A DNA stretch of 64,000 nucleotides, taken from the IMG/VR virus record IMGVR_UViG_3300037400_003220, positions 26,893 to 90,892 of that record; one strand, given 5' to 3'. The notes beneath the pieces are model-generated. The model worked only from the letters and a program-made list of their open reading frames with translations, made no database searches and was not told where the DNA came from. The translations under genes and the position numbers were made by a program. Of this stretch, positions 9,805 to 19,233 are shown one piece after another; position 1 is the stretch's first letter, and each line of letters opens with the position of its first letter. Source of the stretch: a virus. Its lineage: Duplodnaviria > Caudoviricetes.

Positions 9805-10965
9805 TTACTCCCCGCCTAATTCACTTTCGGTAAAATAACCATCAACTATTATTTCTTTTTCCTTTCTCTTATCTGCTAAATCCTTTTCAAACGATTGATA
9901 GTCTGAATCATATTTGATTTTACTCATGATTTTATCCATACCATCTCTACCCAATTTAGTTCCAACCAATACCTCATCCATTAATGTGTTAAATTTCTCA
10001 TTATCTAATGACATTAACTTTTGAAGCAGTTTTTCGGTATAGGTGTCATCAAATTCTTCGCCACATATACTATTCCAAAACACTCGGCCTAAAATCATAT
10101 AGTATGGTTCATCCTGTAATGTATCACAGCGATTAACTATATAATCTGCTCGTTTTTCTGGTAACGTGTTAAAAGTTAAAGCCTCAATACATCCGCGAAT
10201 GGCTTCTGTTAATAAGAATGGAAATATTATACCTTCAGCAAGAATCTTGATATAATTTGATGAATCATCAACGGAAGTTTCAACATAAGCATCCTGCTGA
10301 TTGTTATCATCTGTTATCTCGTCGTGTTTGATTAATAACAAGTAATTATTAATTTTGATGATCTTTGTATATAAGTAAGGTAACTCCTCGTCTAACTCAA
10401 AAATCTCTTTAACACATTTTGTTAATAAATTGTCTGTTAATTCCAATGCCGCGCCAATTGTAATTGCGTTTGTATAACGTCTTCTAACTTCATCACTATC
10501 TTCATCATTTATTTCATCAATACTATCATACTCAACTGGTACTTTCGTATCTGGTTTTACATGAAAGTCTTTTGATTGAGGAATAGAAGTTACAAGATTA
10601 CATTCAAGTTCCAATTCTTTTCCATTTAATTCAAATAATGACAACACAATATCAGCACAAAGTTTTTCCAACTCTGCCTTAATCTTATTCTCTTTTTTTT
10701 GACAAATAAGGATTAACTTATTAAGTTTGTTCTCAATCTTATCGACTGGAAAATTTGTTATATCGTCTGAAAAAGAACTTACCGCGTTTTCATAAGCCGC
10801 CTCTAACATGCGCATGATTGCTTCATCTATAAAAGACTTGTCACTTGATAACGGAAATTGCTTATTATGAACAGCATTTATCAGCCAAGAAGGTAATTCT
10901 CGGTTGTTTTCTAATGATTCTTTAATAAGTCTATATTGTTCTTTATTTATGAATATGTTTTTCAT
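9805..10965 (-). CDS. Hypothetical virion-associated protein with N-terminal leader motif
   Basis: 386-aa ORF starting MKNIFINKEQYRLIKESLE; helical and acidic; cotranscribed with the GT trio. Confidence 0.55.
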   Translation of the reverse strand: MKNIFINKEQYRLIKESLENNRELPSWLINAVHNKQFPLSSDKSFIDEAIMRMLEAAYENAVSSFSDDITNFPVDKIENKLNKLILICQKKENKIKAELEKLCADIVLSLFELNGKELELECNLVTSIPQSKDFHVKPDTKVPVEYDSIDEINDEDSDEVRRRYTNAITIGAALELTDNLLTKCVKEIFELDEELPYLYTKIIKINNYLLLIKHDEITDDNNQQDAYVETSVDDSSNYIKILAEGIIFPFLLTEAIRGCIEALTFNTLPEKRADYIVNRCDTLQDEPYYMILGRVFWNSICGEEFDDTYTEKLLQKLMSLDNEKFNTLMDEVLVGTKLGRDGMDKIMSKIKYDSDYQSFEKDLADKRKEKEIIVDGYFTESELGGE

Positions 10966-11264
10966 TTCAAATCTTTCTTTCTAACAGAATAAGAACTCTC
11001 TTTTAGATATTTTAACTTTGCTTCTTTTAGTTGCTTCTTGGTAACCGCTTCGCTTATACCAGCATTTTGCCTTAATGAATCAGCCGAAAATCCAACACTC
11101 ACGCCTTTTTGTGTGTCAACACCTTGACTTTGTGCCGAGTCAATAGTGTTTTGTGCGGCACTTTTTAATTCTTTTGTCTGTGCAAGTTGCTCATCGCCAC
11201 TTAATTGTATTTCACTTAGCATACACTCTGCTAATTGTTCTTCAGTAAATAAAACTCTTTTCAT
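10962..11264 (-). CDS. Small hypothetical head-associated protein (start moved to ATG 11264)
   Basis: MKRVLFTEEQLAECMLSE...ISEAVTKKQLKEAKLKYLKES; TATTTAT boxes at 11288-11300. Confidence 0.55.
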   Translation of the reverse strand: MKRVLFTEEQLAECMLSEIQLSGDEQLAQTKELKSAAQNTIDSAQSQGVDTQKGVSVGFSADSLRQNAGISEAVTKKQLKEAKLKYLKESSYSVRKKDLK

Positions 11265-11339
11265 AATTAAAACATAATTTTCTTTATATAAATATAAATA
11301 AATAAACAAAAAAGCCTCACTAATGTGAGACTTTTTCTA

Positions 11340-11918
11340 TTATTTAAGACACTTACTAATTGATTCGGCAATCTTTTTTAACTTTTTCTTTGTTACTACA
11401 TTCTCCTGCATTGGCATTGTATTTTGTGGTGCTTCTTCTGCTGGTTGTTCAACCTGTTGCTCATCACTTTCTGACTCGTCATCTGCAGGCTCCTCGTTTG
11501 ATGCCGTATTAATTGCCTTAATCACTTCCTTTTTTGTTGCTTCGCTAGCATTTTTTAATGCTGCTTTGACAATCATTTTTGCTGCATACTTGTTAAGACC
11601 TTCATCTTCATTTTCGTTATTGTAGTTGTTTAACGTCGTCGATAATTTGCCAGTTAACTGTTGTATGTATTTTTTTGGGTCTGTATCTTCGTCGGCTTCA
11701 ACACCAGCATCAAAATTTGTATCAAATTGGCTTTGGCCGTTGTCTTGAGACATATCTTCCATTGGTGGCATTCCTCCCTGGTCTTGCATCATTGGGTCTC
11801 CGCCCATCGCCTGAGGGTCCATCGGTGGCATACCGTCCATTGGCATGTCTTGAGGTTGTTGTCCCATACTAGGATCGGTTGGAGGCATCTGTCCTTGGTC
11901 TCCGCCAACCTTTAGCAT
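11340..11918 (-). CDS. Pro/Met/Gln/Asp-rich protein, probably the C-terminal extension of the upstream ORF via -1 frameshift
   Basis: Open frame begins before the upstream stop codon (KKSLSEGRT-MLKVGG). The sequence before ATG 11918 is not the A/T-rich leader seen before the other genes. Confidence 0.55.
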   Translation of the reverse strand: MLKVGGDQGQMPPTDPSMGQQPQDMPMDGMPPMDPQAMGGDPMMQDQGGMPPMEDMSQDNGQSQFDTNFDAGVEADEDTDPKKYIQQLTGKLSTTLNNYNNENEDEGLNKYAAKMIVKAALKNASEATKKEVIKAINTASNEEPADDESESDEQQVEQPAEEAPQNTMPMQENVVTKKKLKKIAESISKCLK

Positions 11919-11932
11919 GGTTCTACCCTCAC

Positions 11933-13426
11933 TTAGGCTTTTTTTGACTTTTTGCCCTCTTGAAGTCTACTTTTAATACCATCAAGTACTAAATCAACTA
12001 CTTTCTCGAAAGGATCGCTGCTACCAATTTTTTGACCGTAAGGTTGTTCACCCTTAGCAGAATCGTCGTTCCAATCTTTCTCAGCAGTACCTGCTAATAC
12101 TTCTTTGTTTGCTGGTGTTGACATTGGTTGTTTGCGATAACGTGGATGTTTGCCCCATGCGTCCAATTTTGTAATTTCTTCAGCCACAATTCTATCAATA
12201 GCCTCTTTTAATGTTTCTGGCTTTTTGCATTCGCATTTTTCTTTACCGCATTTTGGACAAACTTCTGCTTTTTCTTCCTTACTTTCGCATTTTCCTTCAC
12301 AAAGTTTATTAACAACAGCATTTGTGATTCTATCTACAGCCTCATTAACCTTTTCGTCGTTCCAACCCTGAACATCTAAACCACCATGAGGGCCATCCAT
12401 AACTTTATCTGGGCCTTCGATTTTAGATTCGATATTCTTTTCCTCACCGTGCATAGCCTTCTCAGTTTCCTCAAACTCTCTAATTAAAGTGTCCAACTCG
12501 TCGTTTAAGAAATCACCATCGCCTAACGGTCCATTATCTGGCTCTACATCTACAATTGGTTCTTCTTCAGTGTTAGCAAAATCCTCTAAATCTTCGTCGG
12601 ATAATTCATCATCACCAACTAATGTATCGGCATTAGCGTCGATATCGTCTGCATGGAAATCATCTGGGTTAAACTCAATCCCTTCATTCATTTTAACAGC
12701 CTTTGCCCCAGTTGGATGTTGGTCAGCAACCCCTTCTCCTTCTAAGTCATCATGAGCATCCTTTGGTTCCTCTGCTGTATCAACTTTCTTTGTTTTCATG
12801 GCATCAGATTCGAGGTCTTTTTCAACGCCGTCAACTTTAGTGTTGTCATCGGCGCTTTCAACTGTAGCAGTTGCCTTAAGATCTTTGTCAAGTTCAGCCT
12901 TTGCTGGTTCCTCGAATGGGTCGCCTTGCTTAGCAGGATCAGTCGCTTTGCCTTTGCTTTCTGGGTCGCCAGTGTTATCTTTTCCGATGGTTTGTGAATT
13001 CTCGAATATCTGGTGCATTCTATTCAACTCTTTACGGGCCTCTTCGGTCAAAACAGCCAAATTTTTCTTTCCGCGATTAAAATCAACAACAGAAACATCT
13101 TCGTGTTTACCATAGGCCTCATTCAAACTAATCATCTTAAGTTCGAGTTGTTTAGTTGCCTCATTGTAACTCTTGTAACCGTTTTCGTTACGATAGTTAA
13201 ATCCGCCAATATACTCGTAAGATTCCGCAAGTTTTTCCTTGCCTTGTTCGGTAGTCATGATATAGTACATGTTACCTTCTTTAAGAATACCGTAAACTTT
13301 ATTATCAGCGCCAAGTGTATGATATTCTACTTTGTTACTTCTTTTTGACTCATTTACAGGAACTCTGTACCCCATCAAGTACTGCATTCTATCTAATTGA
13401 GAGTCGAATTTACTGTTATTTGCCAT
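11933..13426 (-). CDS. Acidic head core/scaffold-like protein
   Basis: 497 aa with many L/V-x-E sites (VNES, LAES, LNEA, MNEG, VNEA, LKEA) and a long acidic low-complexity middle. TATTTAT box at 13471-13477. Confidence 0.55.
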   Translation of the reverse strand: MANNSKFDSQLDRMQYLMGYRVPVNESKRSNKVEYHTLGADNKVYGILKEGNMYYIMTTEQGKEKLAESYEYIGGFNYRNENGYKSYNEATKQLELKMISLNEAYGKHEDVSVVDFNRGKKNLAVLTEEARKELNRMHQIFENSQTIGKDNTGDPESKGKATDPAKQGDPFEEPAKAELDKDLKATATVESADDNTKVDGVEKDLESDAMKTKKVDTAEEPKDAHDDLEGEGVADQHPTGAKAVKMNEGIEFNPDDFHADDIDANADTLVGDDELSDEDLEDFANTEEEPIVDVEPDNGPLGDGDFLNDELDTLIREFEETEKAMHGEEKNIESKIEGPDKVMDGPHGGLDVQGWNDEKVNEAVDRITNAVVNKLCEGKCESKEEKAEVCPKCGKEKCECKKPETLKEAIDRIVAEEITKLDAWGKHPRYRKQPMSTPANKEVLAGTAEKDWNDDSAKGEQPYGQKIGSSDPFEKVVDLVLDGIKSRLQEGKKSKKA

Positions 13427-13498
13427 AATTATTATAATAATTTATTTTAGTTATTTGCATTATTTTTACTATAAATACTTTCTAAAATCTAAAAAATA

Positions 13499-16054
13499 CT
13501 ACTTTATTGTATTAATTTTATCAAAAGTTATTCTTTTTAAGTCTACTAACTTACCAATATACCCCAAACGCCTAAGTGTTTTGAATATAATATTACCATT
13601 TCCTAGTTCAGATCCATTCTTTAGTGAATCCTTCCTCATTCCTTTTATTTTATCGAATAAACACTTAACTTTTTTGGATAAAATGTCTAATTTCGCCTCA
13701 TCTTTTTCTCCATTACACTCATCTTCTAAAGAGTCAATTTTATCGATAATATTTTTAGTTTTATGTGTTATACATTCTTTATCTAATTTTACTGCGGTGA
13801 GATTATCTCTCTCTGGCTCTCTTAACCATTTGTCTTTCTCTAATGAATATACTCCAGAGGCTGTATGTTCTTCACTCTCATCTTGTACATATAATTCAAC
13901 TGGATAACCGTATATTTTTAAATCTTCGTGTTGGTTATTCCAAATTGTCTTCTTTGAATCGAAATAATCTTTTACAAATTCAACCCTGTCATCAACTTCT
14001 TTAAAATCAACTACAATATGTAGATCGATATCTGAAAATTTACTCCAGTTATAATTTGCTAGACTACCAGTCATAATAATATCTTTTGGCTTGACCCAAT
14101 TTACTTCCATTGAATCAAAGAATGTGTCGGCAATATCTAGCAAACGCAATCTAACTCTTGAGTTTAATTTTCCGTTAATCCAGAATTTTGGATTTAATTG
14201 TTTTTGGACATCGAATGATTGCAAAACATCGCCCAACTCATTATCATCGACAAACTCATCAATGCTTTCCCTAGTTAAAAATGGTATCGTATTTTTATCC
14301 TCGTATTCCGATACGACGTCATCAAAAGTTTCGTCAATTACATGAATATAGTCGCCATCGTCTCCGAGTAATAATTTTTTCTTATTGTAAAAATCAACCA
14401 TTTCGTTTAGTTTCTTTTTCTTTATTTCATTATATTCTGAGAATGGTTTCCTCTGTTTATACCCATCATAAAGCCACTCCCTGAAATCATCTATAGAAAC
14501 CTCTGTTACCTTACCAAGTCCTTTCCATCCTTTATTGTAGTTTGATAGATAAGCCTTTTTTGCTTCTTCTTCTGTTTTAAAGCCAAACATAATTTTAGTT
14601 TCATCGAATTTACCATTAATTACCTGGTCAATAGCAAATATTGTCTTGCAATCTAAATCCTTACCTAAAAATACATCAACGGCATCGCCATCAACCGCCT
14701 TTGTATGTGTGAAATAACCATAGTCGTTATGCATTAGACATTTCCACGCTTTTCCGTTTTTATCTTTACCTTTTCTATAACTACCCTTTGGGTTTTCTAT
14801 TGCGATTTCGAAACCATATATATTAACTCTACCCATCTTATAATTACCTGCCTCTTTCTGTCCTTCTGTTGGGGTTGTATTGGTTTCTTTTCTTGCTTTT
14901 TCTAATTCTTTTTTAATATAAGACAATTGAGATTCTGTTAAATATACCTTTTTAGTGGTCATCATTGAATATTCTTCTTTTATTATTTTATCTAACCATT
15001 TTTTTACGCTTTCTAAATGATTTTTACAATCATCCATATCATAATGCCCGCCATTCTTTTTGAACTCGTCGTCTATAACGGCACAACAAATGTCATCATC
15101 CTCCATGCTTTGAGTATGATATATTTCATAGTCGTCTCCGAAAACTTTTTTTAGAATATGCACATAATGCTCGGCCATTTCAAGCGGTTCCTTGTCCTCA
15201 CCATAATATTTAGGTAATTTACCATCTTTAATCATGTCACGAACTGCTTTTCTTACTTTTTCTTCAAGATTTTTATCCACCGATTCGTTAATCACACTCT
15301 CATCTACATATCTTAATGCATTGTATTGTGCCATTGGCATTTCTTTCCCATTGCTCATAGTTAATTTCTTTCCTAATAATTTATCCCTTGTAAGTCTAAA
15401 ATCAGCCGTCGCCTTACTCTTATCCTGTGGAGACATCATGTGAAGAATAGCCTGCTTTGTATTATCCTCAATTTCGTCATCGCCAGGCATAAAACTATTG
15501 TATTCTATTAGAGGTCTACTTCCGTTAATAATAAAAATTCGTCTATCAAATAAATGACTATCTCGACATACTTGATATACTATTTCATTTGTTAATTCCA
15601 TAGGATATCTGTTCATATACCAAAAACCAAACACCACACAATTTTGATTAATATATGGTACATCAATTATAAAATATCTACCCTTAATAACAAACTCCTC
15701 ATCCGCAAAATCCAAATATTTACCAGTTTTGTAATAGTCTTGATTTATGTACTCATCCTCTCTTTTGTATCCTGTAATATCACTTGGCTTATATCCTCTG
15801 TTTGCTAAATATTCTTGAACCTCTGGCCTTAACTGATCATGGATACTTCCTGGTTCGCCGTAAAACAATTTATTTTCATTTCTAAATCTTAAATAAACAA
15901 AAGGAATCGCGTTATCTTGCATATAGTCTTGTTGCCCACAGAAAAATATTTCATCTGGGGTATTGAAGTTGTTTTTCGAATTCTCTACTGACAACTTAAA
16001 CAAATCAATCATGTTCTTTCTCTTTTGCTTATCGTTTAATTCTAACTTCTTCAT
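13499..16054 (-). CDS. Multidomain protein: unknown domains + InPase (polyvalent-protein pyrophosphatase-like) + Pol-beta-superfamily nucleotidyltransferase
   Basis: PTEGQKEAGNYKMG...IENPKGSYR...YGY...DGDAVDVF...FDETKIMFGF...A..AYLSNY...W.G matches InPase. IMTGSLANYNWSKFSDIDLHI...YPVELYVQD gives the GS, DxD and third acidic residue of Pol-beta NTases. Likely start MKKLEL at 16054; TATTTAT box at 16078-16084. Confidence 0.75.
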   Translation of the reverse strand: MKKLELNDKQKRKNMIDLFKLSVENSKNNFNTPDEIFFCGQQDYMQDNAIPFVYLRFRNENKLFYGEPGSIHDQLRPEVQEYLANRGYKPSDITGYKREDEYINQDYYKTGKYLDFADEEFVIKGRYFIIDVPYINQNCVVFGFWYMNRYPMELTNEIVYQVCRDSHLFDRRIFIINGSRPLIEYNSFMPGDDEIEDNTKQAILHMMSPQDKSKATADFRLTRDKLLGKKLTMSNGKEMPMAQYNALRYVDESVINESVDKNLEEKVRKAVRDMIKDGKLPKYYGEDKEPLEMAEHYVHILKKVFGDDYEIYHTQSMEDDDICCAVIDDEFKKNGGHYDMDDCKNHLESVKKWLDKIIKEEYSMMTTKKVYLTESQLSYIKKELEKARKETNTTPTEGQKEAGNYKMGRVNIYGFEIAIENPKGSYRKGKDKNGKAWKCLMHNDYGYFTHTKAVDGDAVDVFLGKDLDCKTIFAIDQVINGKFDETKIMFGFKTEEEAKKAYLSNYNKGWKGLGKVTEVSIDDFREWLYDGYKQRKPFSEYNEIKKKKLNEMVDFYNKKKLLLGDDGDYIHVIDETFDDVVSEYEDKNTIPFLTRESIDEFVDDNELGDVLQSFDVQKQLNPKFWINGKLNSRVRLRLLDIADTFFDSMEVNWVKPKDIIMTGSLANYNWSKFSDIDLHIVVDFKEVDDRVEFVKDYFDSKKTIWNNQHEDLKIYGYPVELYVQDESEEHTASGVYSLEKDKWLREPERDNLTAVKLDKECITHKTKNIIDKIDSLEDECNGEKDEAKLDILSKKVKCLFDKIKGMRKDSLKNGSELGNGNIIFKTLRRLGYIGKLVDLKRITFDKINTIK

Positions 16055-16150
16055 TGCAAAACACAATATTCTACATAATAAATATAAATCAAAAACAAAA
16101 AAAGGGAAGATAAACTTCCCAATTTTACTGAATTTTAAGATAATAACTTA

Positions 16151-16534
16151 TTAAACCAATGTTCTTAAGTAATTCCATTTATTTATATTTTGCATGTAGT
16201 CGTCCAAGATATTCTGTAATCCAGCACATTCTGCGTCGTCACCTACAAAATTCTTAAACTCTATCAAATCTGTTTTCATTTCTTTTAACAACGCATCTAA
16301 TGTTTTTGAATTAGGAAGCATAGTCTTTAAATCCCCAATACCAAATCTAGTATCTAATATTCCCATCACACATTCGGATATTTCGTCCTCAACTTTCAAT
16401 ACCTCTTCATCAATTTCATCAGTTAATATATGTAAAGCATGATGTGTTGCTGACCAATGAAGCATTTTTAGTTGGGAATGATACCCTTCTAACATGCATA
16501 AAAAATCTATTGTCTTATTTTTAATATCTTTCAT
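16151..16534 (-). CDS. Ferritin-like/Dps-like four-helix protein (DUF5856-like)
   Basis: QLKMLHWSAT...HILTDEIDEEV...DEISE pattern (H-W, H, D, E ligands); 127 aa. Confidence 0.65.
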   Translation of the reverse strand: MKDIKNKTIDFLCMLEGYHSQLKMLHWSATHHALHILTDEIDEEVLKVEDEISECVMGILDTRFGIGDLKTMLPNSKTLDALLKEMKTDLIEFKNFVGDDAECAGLQNILDDYMQNINKWNYLRTLV

Positions 16535-16554
16535 ATGTTACTTCTTTTTTTGTT

Positions 16555-17568
16555 TTAATATTCATCTTCATTATTATCAAAACTAACCCATTCTTCATCC
16601 TCAAACCATTGTAACCACTGATTAATTGTGTCTTCGTCGACCCACTGGAAAATACAGTCTAACATCTGTTGTGCACCAATTCTTTCTTCTACTTGATTCC
16701 ACTTATCAACTATTTCGTTGTCCATTGTCCCTTCATTAAGCGCTCTCATAATACTTTCTTTAATGAGTTGTTTTAATTGGTCTTCTTTAATTGTAGTTTT
16801 CTTTGATTCAACAACATATGATAATGGGTCTTTACCATTAGTGATATATTCCTCTATTCTGTTTGCTATTTTCTGGTAGGTTTGATTCTTGTTGTCTTTT
16901 TTAAACTGTCTCAAAATATCCCTAAATCCAACATTGTGGCCTCCACCTTCTGAACTTCCACCAACCCAGAATGGAATTCTTGCTTGTATTGCTCTTAACA
17001 CAGCTTCATCGTGAATAATTTCATCTGGAGCAATATTTAATGCATCACCTAAGTCTAATAATTTATTCTTGATGAGTTCAAGGTGCTCGTTGTCAAATTT
17101 CTTTGTGTTTTTAAGAATATATTGTATTTCTCTTACTGGGATTCTTATTTTTTGTACGTTATCATAAACATTAGCAAACTCTTCTTTGTTCTTACCAAAT
17201 CTATTAGTATCGGTAAAAATAGCGCCACCAGCAATGTTTTTCTTAGCCAAATACATATCTGTATTTCGTATAAATTGCTGCATTTTCTTAATTGACTCAT
17301 CTCCTGGAACTTCCCTACCGTTAATTAAAAAACGAGTTCTTAAGTCCTCGATGATGTTATTAATAGTATCGACTTGCTTTGGATTTTTATTGTTAGCATC
17401 CATTTGTTTTTGTAAAGCGGTCTTTTTTGCCTTCTTTACTGGTTCTTGCAAGCCTTGTTCAGCGGCTCTCTTCGCCATAATTTCTTTTTTCCTCTGGGCA
17501 TCCTCCCTTCTTTGCTGTGCAAATTCGTATTCGTCCCAGCTTGTAAATCTTTCGTTAACGTTAGCCAT
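16555..17568 (-). CDS. Hypothetical head-associated protein
   Basis: 337-aa ORF containing VVESKKTTIKEDQLKQLIKESIMRALNEG; TATTTAT box at 17605-17611. Confidence 0.55.
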   Translation of the reverse strand: MANVNERFTSWDEYEFAQQRREDAQRKKEIMAKRAAEQGLQEPVKKAKKTALQKQMDANNKNPKQVDTINNIIEDLRTRFLINGREVPGDESIKKMQQFIRNTDMYLAKKNIAGGAIFTDTNRFGKNKEEFANVYDNVQKIRIPVREIQYILKNTKKFDNEHLELIKNKLLDLGDALNIAPDEIIHDEAVLRAIQARIPFWVGGSSEGGGHNVGFRDILRQFKKDNKNQTYQKIANRIEEYITNGKDPLSYVVESKKTTIKEDQLKQLIKESIMRALNEGTMDNEIVDKWNQVEERIGAQQMLDCIFQWVDEDTINQWLQWFEDEEWVSFDNNEDEY

Positions 17569-17661
17569 ATTATATATTTTTCAATTTAAAGCATTATTTT
17601 AATTATAAATATTGATAAATGGATAAAAAAGATGTATTTATTATAAAATAAAAGTAAAAAA

Positions 17662-19191
17662 ATGTATAGTAAAGCAACATATATAAAACCATATCTTAAA
17701 AAGTTCATAAGAGTATTGGGTATAGAAAATGTTGGAACACTTAATAAGCCAAAGATGAATGTAGTCTATGCAATACTCGCTAATAATAACATTAGGCCAA
17801 TTGATAGGAATAAATATGGTGTACCATTATTTCAGTATAGAGACTTGGATGGATTAAACGATTTGAGTATTTCATATGGATTCCGCAAGTGGAAAGATGA
17901 CATGTTGAAAAAAGATATAGAAATGAGCATGAGAGATAATAAAAAAGTACATACACAAAGAAAGCAAAAAAAACCAGATACACAAACAACAATCTCTTTT
18001 GTTGACGAAAGAGATGAACAATTATACGAAAGTTTATTTGGTAGAAAAGTGTATTTCACAGAAAGTCAGATAAAAAATATTGTTGATAAAGAGAAGTACA
18101 TCGAAAACGACTACAATGAAAAGTGGGAGAGACAAGATATAAATTCTGATATATTCAAAACAATTAAATCAAAGTTAGATTTTGATAATAACTCAAATTT
18201 AGGCCTTGCTGATGTAGCAAAAGTTGTTGGAGGAGAGTGTACAGAGCCAGGCGACACACCAAATTATATCGCATTCATTAGAGGAGGTCTTAATGGTAGT
18301 GGTGATTGGAAGGACTATCTGACGGATATGATTACAATTATCAAAAAAATTAATGGTAGTTATATTATTGATTTGGACGTTGATGTACCAGACGACGTAT
18401 GGACTCTTAAATTAGGCTTCTATAAAGAAAAATTAAATGAGGGCGCAAGTGGATACGAACCAGAGGATAGTGACTCATACTTCGATTTATGCTATGAGTT
18501 GTCTGAAAATATATTTGAAGGCTTATTAAAACATATTGACAAAAATCTCAAAGTAAAAAACGACAATGCAATATACACATATCTCGGAATAATCAACCAT
18601 ATGTTAAAGGTAAATGAGTTACACGCTCCTTTACGTTATGAGAACAAAGATTTAGGCAAGGACGAACGTCTCGGAGTAAAGATAATCAAGAAATGCATAG
18701 AAGGATACAATTATTTATTTTCGGATAAAAAAGAAAATAGACAGGGGTGGAAAGACTTCAAAGAATATAAACGCAGTCTAACTATACAGTACAAAATTTT
18801 CAAAGAATTGATGAAAATGTTAAATTATGATTCAGATGTTGATATTGTGTTAACAGAACCATATCATTTAAGGGAATCAAAAAACTTTGTTGAGCCACAA
18901 AAAGTATTGGTTGTTAAAAAATTCTTGGATGATAACTTTGTTAGGGCCGCAATTCCAACAATAGGCGAAGATGGATATTCTAAAACAATATTAATCGTTG
19001 GAATGAAAGGGACTGACGGCCAGGTAAATAGAAATATGTATGCACAGCAACTGTTTGATTTACTACAAGATAAGTTTCAAAATATTTACCTAGATAAAGA
19101 AAAACGAGATAATTTCTTAAAACGAGTTATGAAAGACTGGTACGATAAGAAAATATCAAAAGACGGTTTATTAAGTGTAAACACATTTTAA
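17662..19191 (+). CDS. Hypothetical multidomain head-associated protein
   Basis: 509 aa with internal RKVYFTESQIKNIV, KLNEG and LRES motifs; TATTTAT box at 17635-17641. Confidence 0.55.
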   Translation: MYSKATYIKPYLKKFIRVLGIENVGTLNKPKMNVVYAILANNNIRPIDRNKYGVPLFQYRDLDGLNDLSISYGFRKWKDDMLKKDIEMSMRDNKKVHTQRKQKKPDTQTTISFVDERDEQLYESLFGRKVYFTESQIKNIVDKEKYIENDYNEKWERQDINSDIFKTIKSKLDFDNNSNLGLADVAKVVGGECTEPGDTPNYIAFIRGGLNGSGDWKDYLTDMITIIKKINGSYIIDLDVDVPDDVWTLKLGFYKEKLNEGASGYEPEDSDSYFDLCYELSENIFEGLLKHIDKNLKVKNDNAIYTYLGIINHMLKVNELHAPLRYENKDLGKDERLGVKIIKKCIEGYNYLFSDKKENRQGWKDFKEYKRSLTIQYKIFKELMKMLNYDSDVDIVLTEPYHLRESKNFVEPQKVLVVKKFLDDNFVRAAIPTIGEDGYSKTILIVGMKGTDGQVNRNMYAQQLFDLLQDKFQNIYLDKEKRDNFLKRVMKDWYDKKISKDGLLSVNTF

Positions 19192-19219
19192 TGGAATTCG
19201 AATGAGTTCCATTTTTTTT
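19192..19219 (+). terminator. Intrinsic terminator
   Basis: ATGGAATTC-gaat-GAGTTCCAT stem followed by a T8 tract. Confidence 0.7.
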
Positions 19220-19233
19220 GTATATTTGTACGT

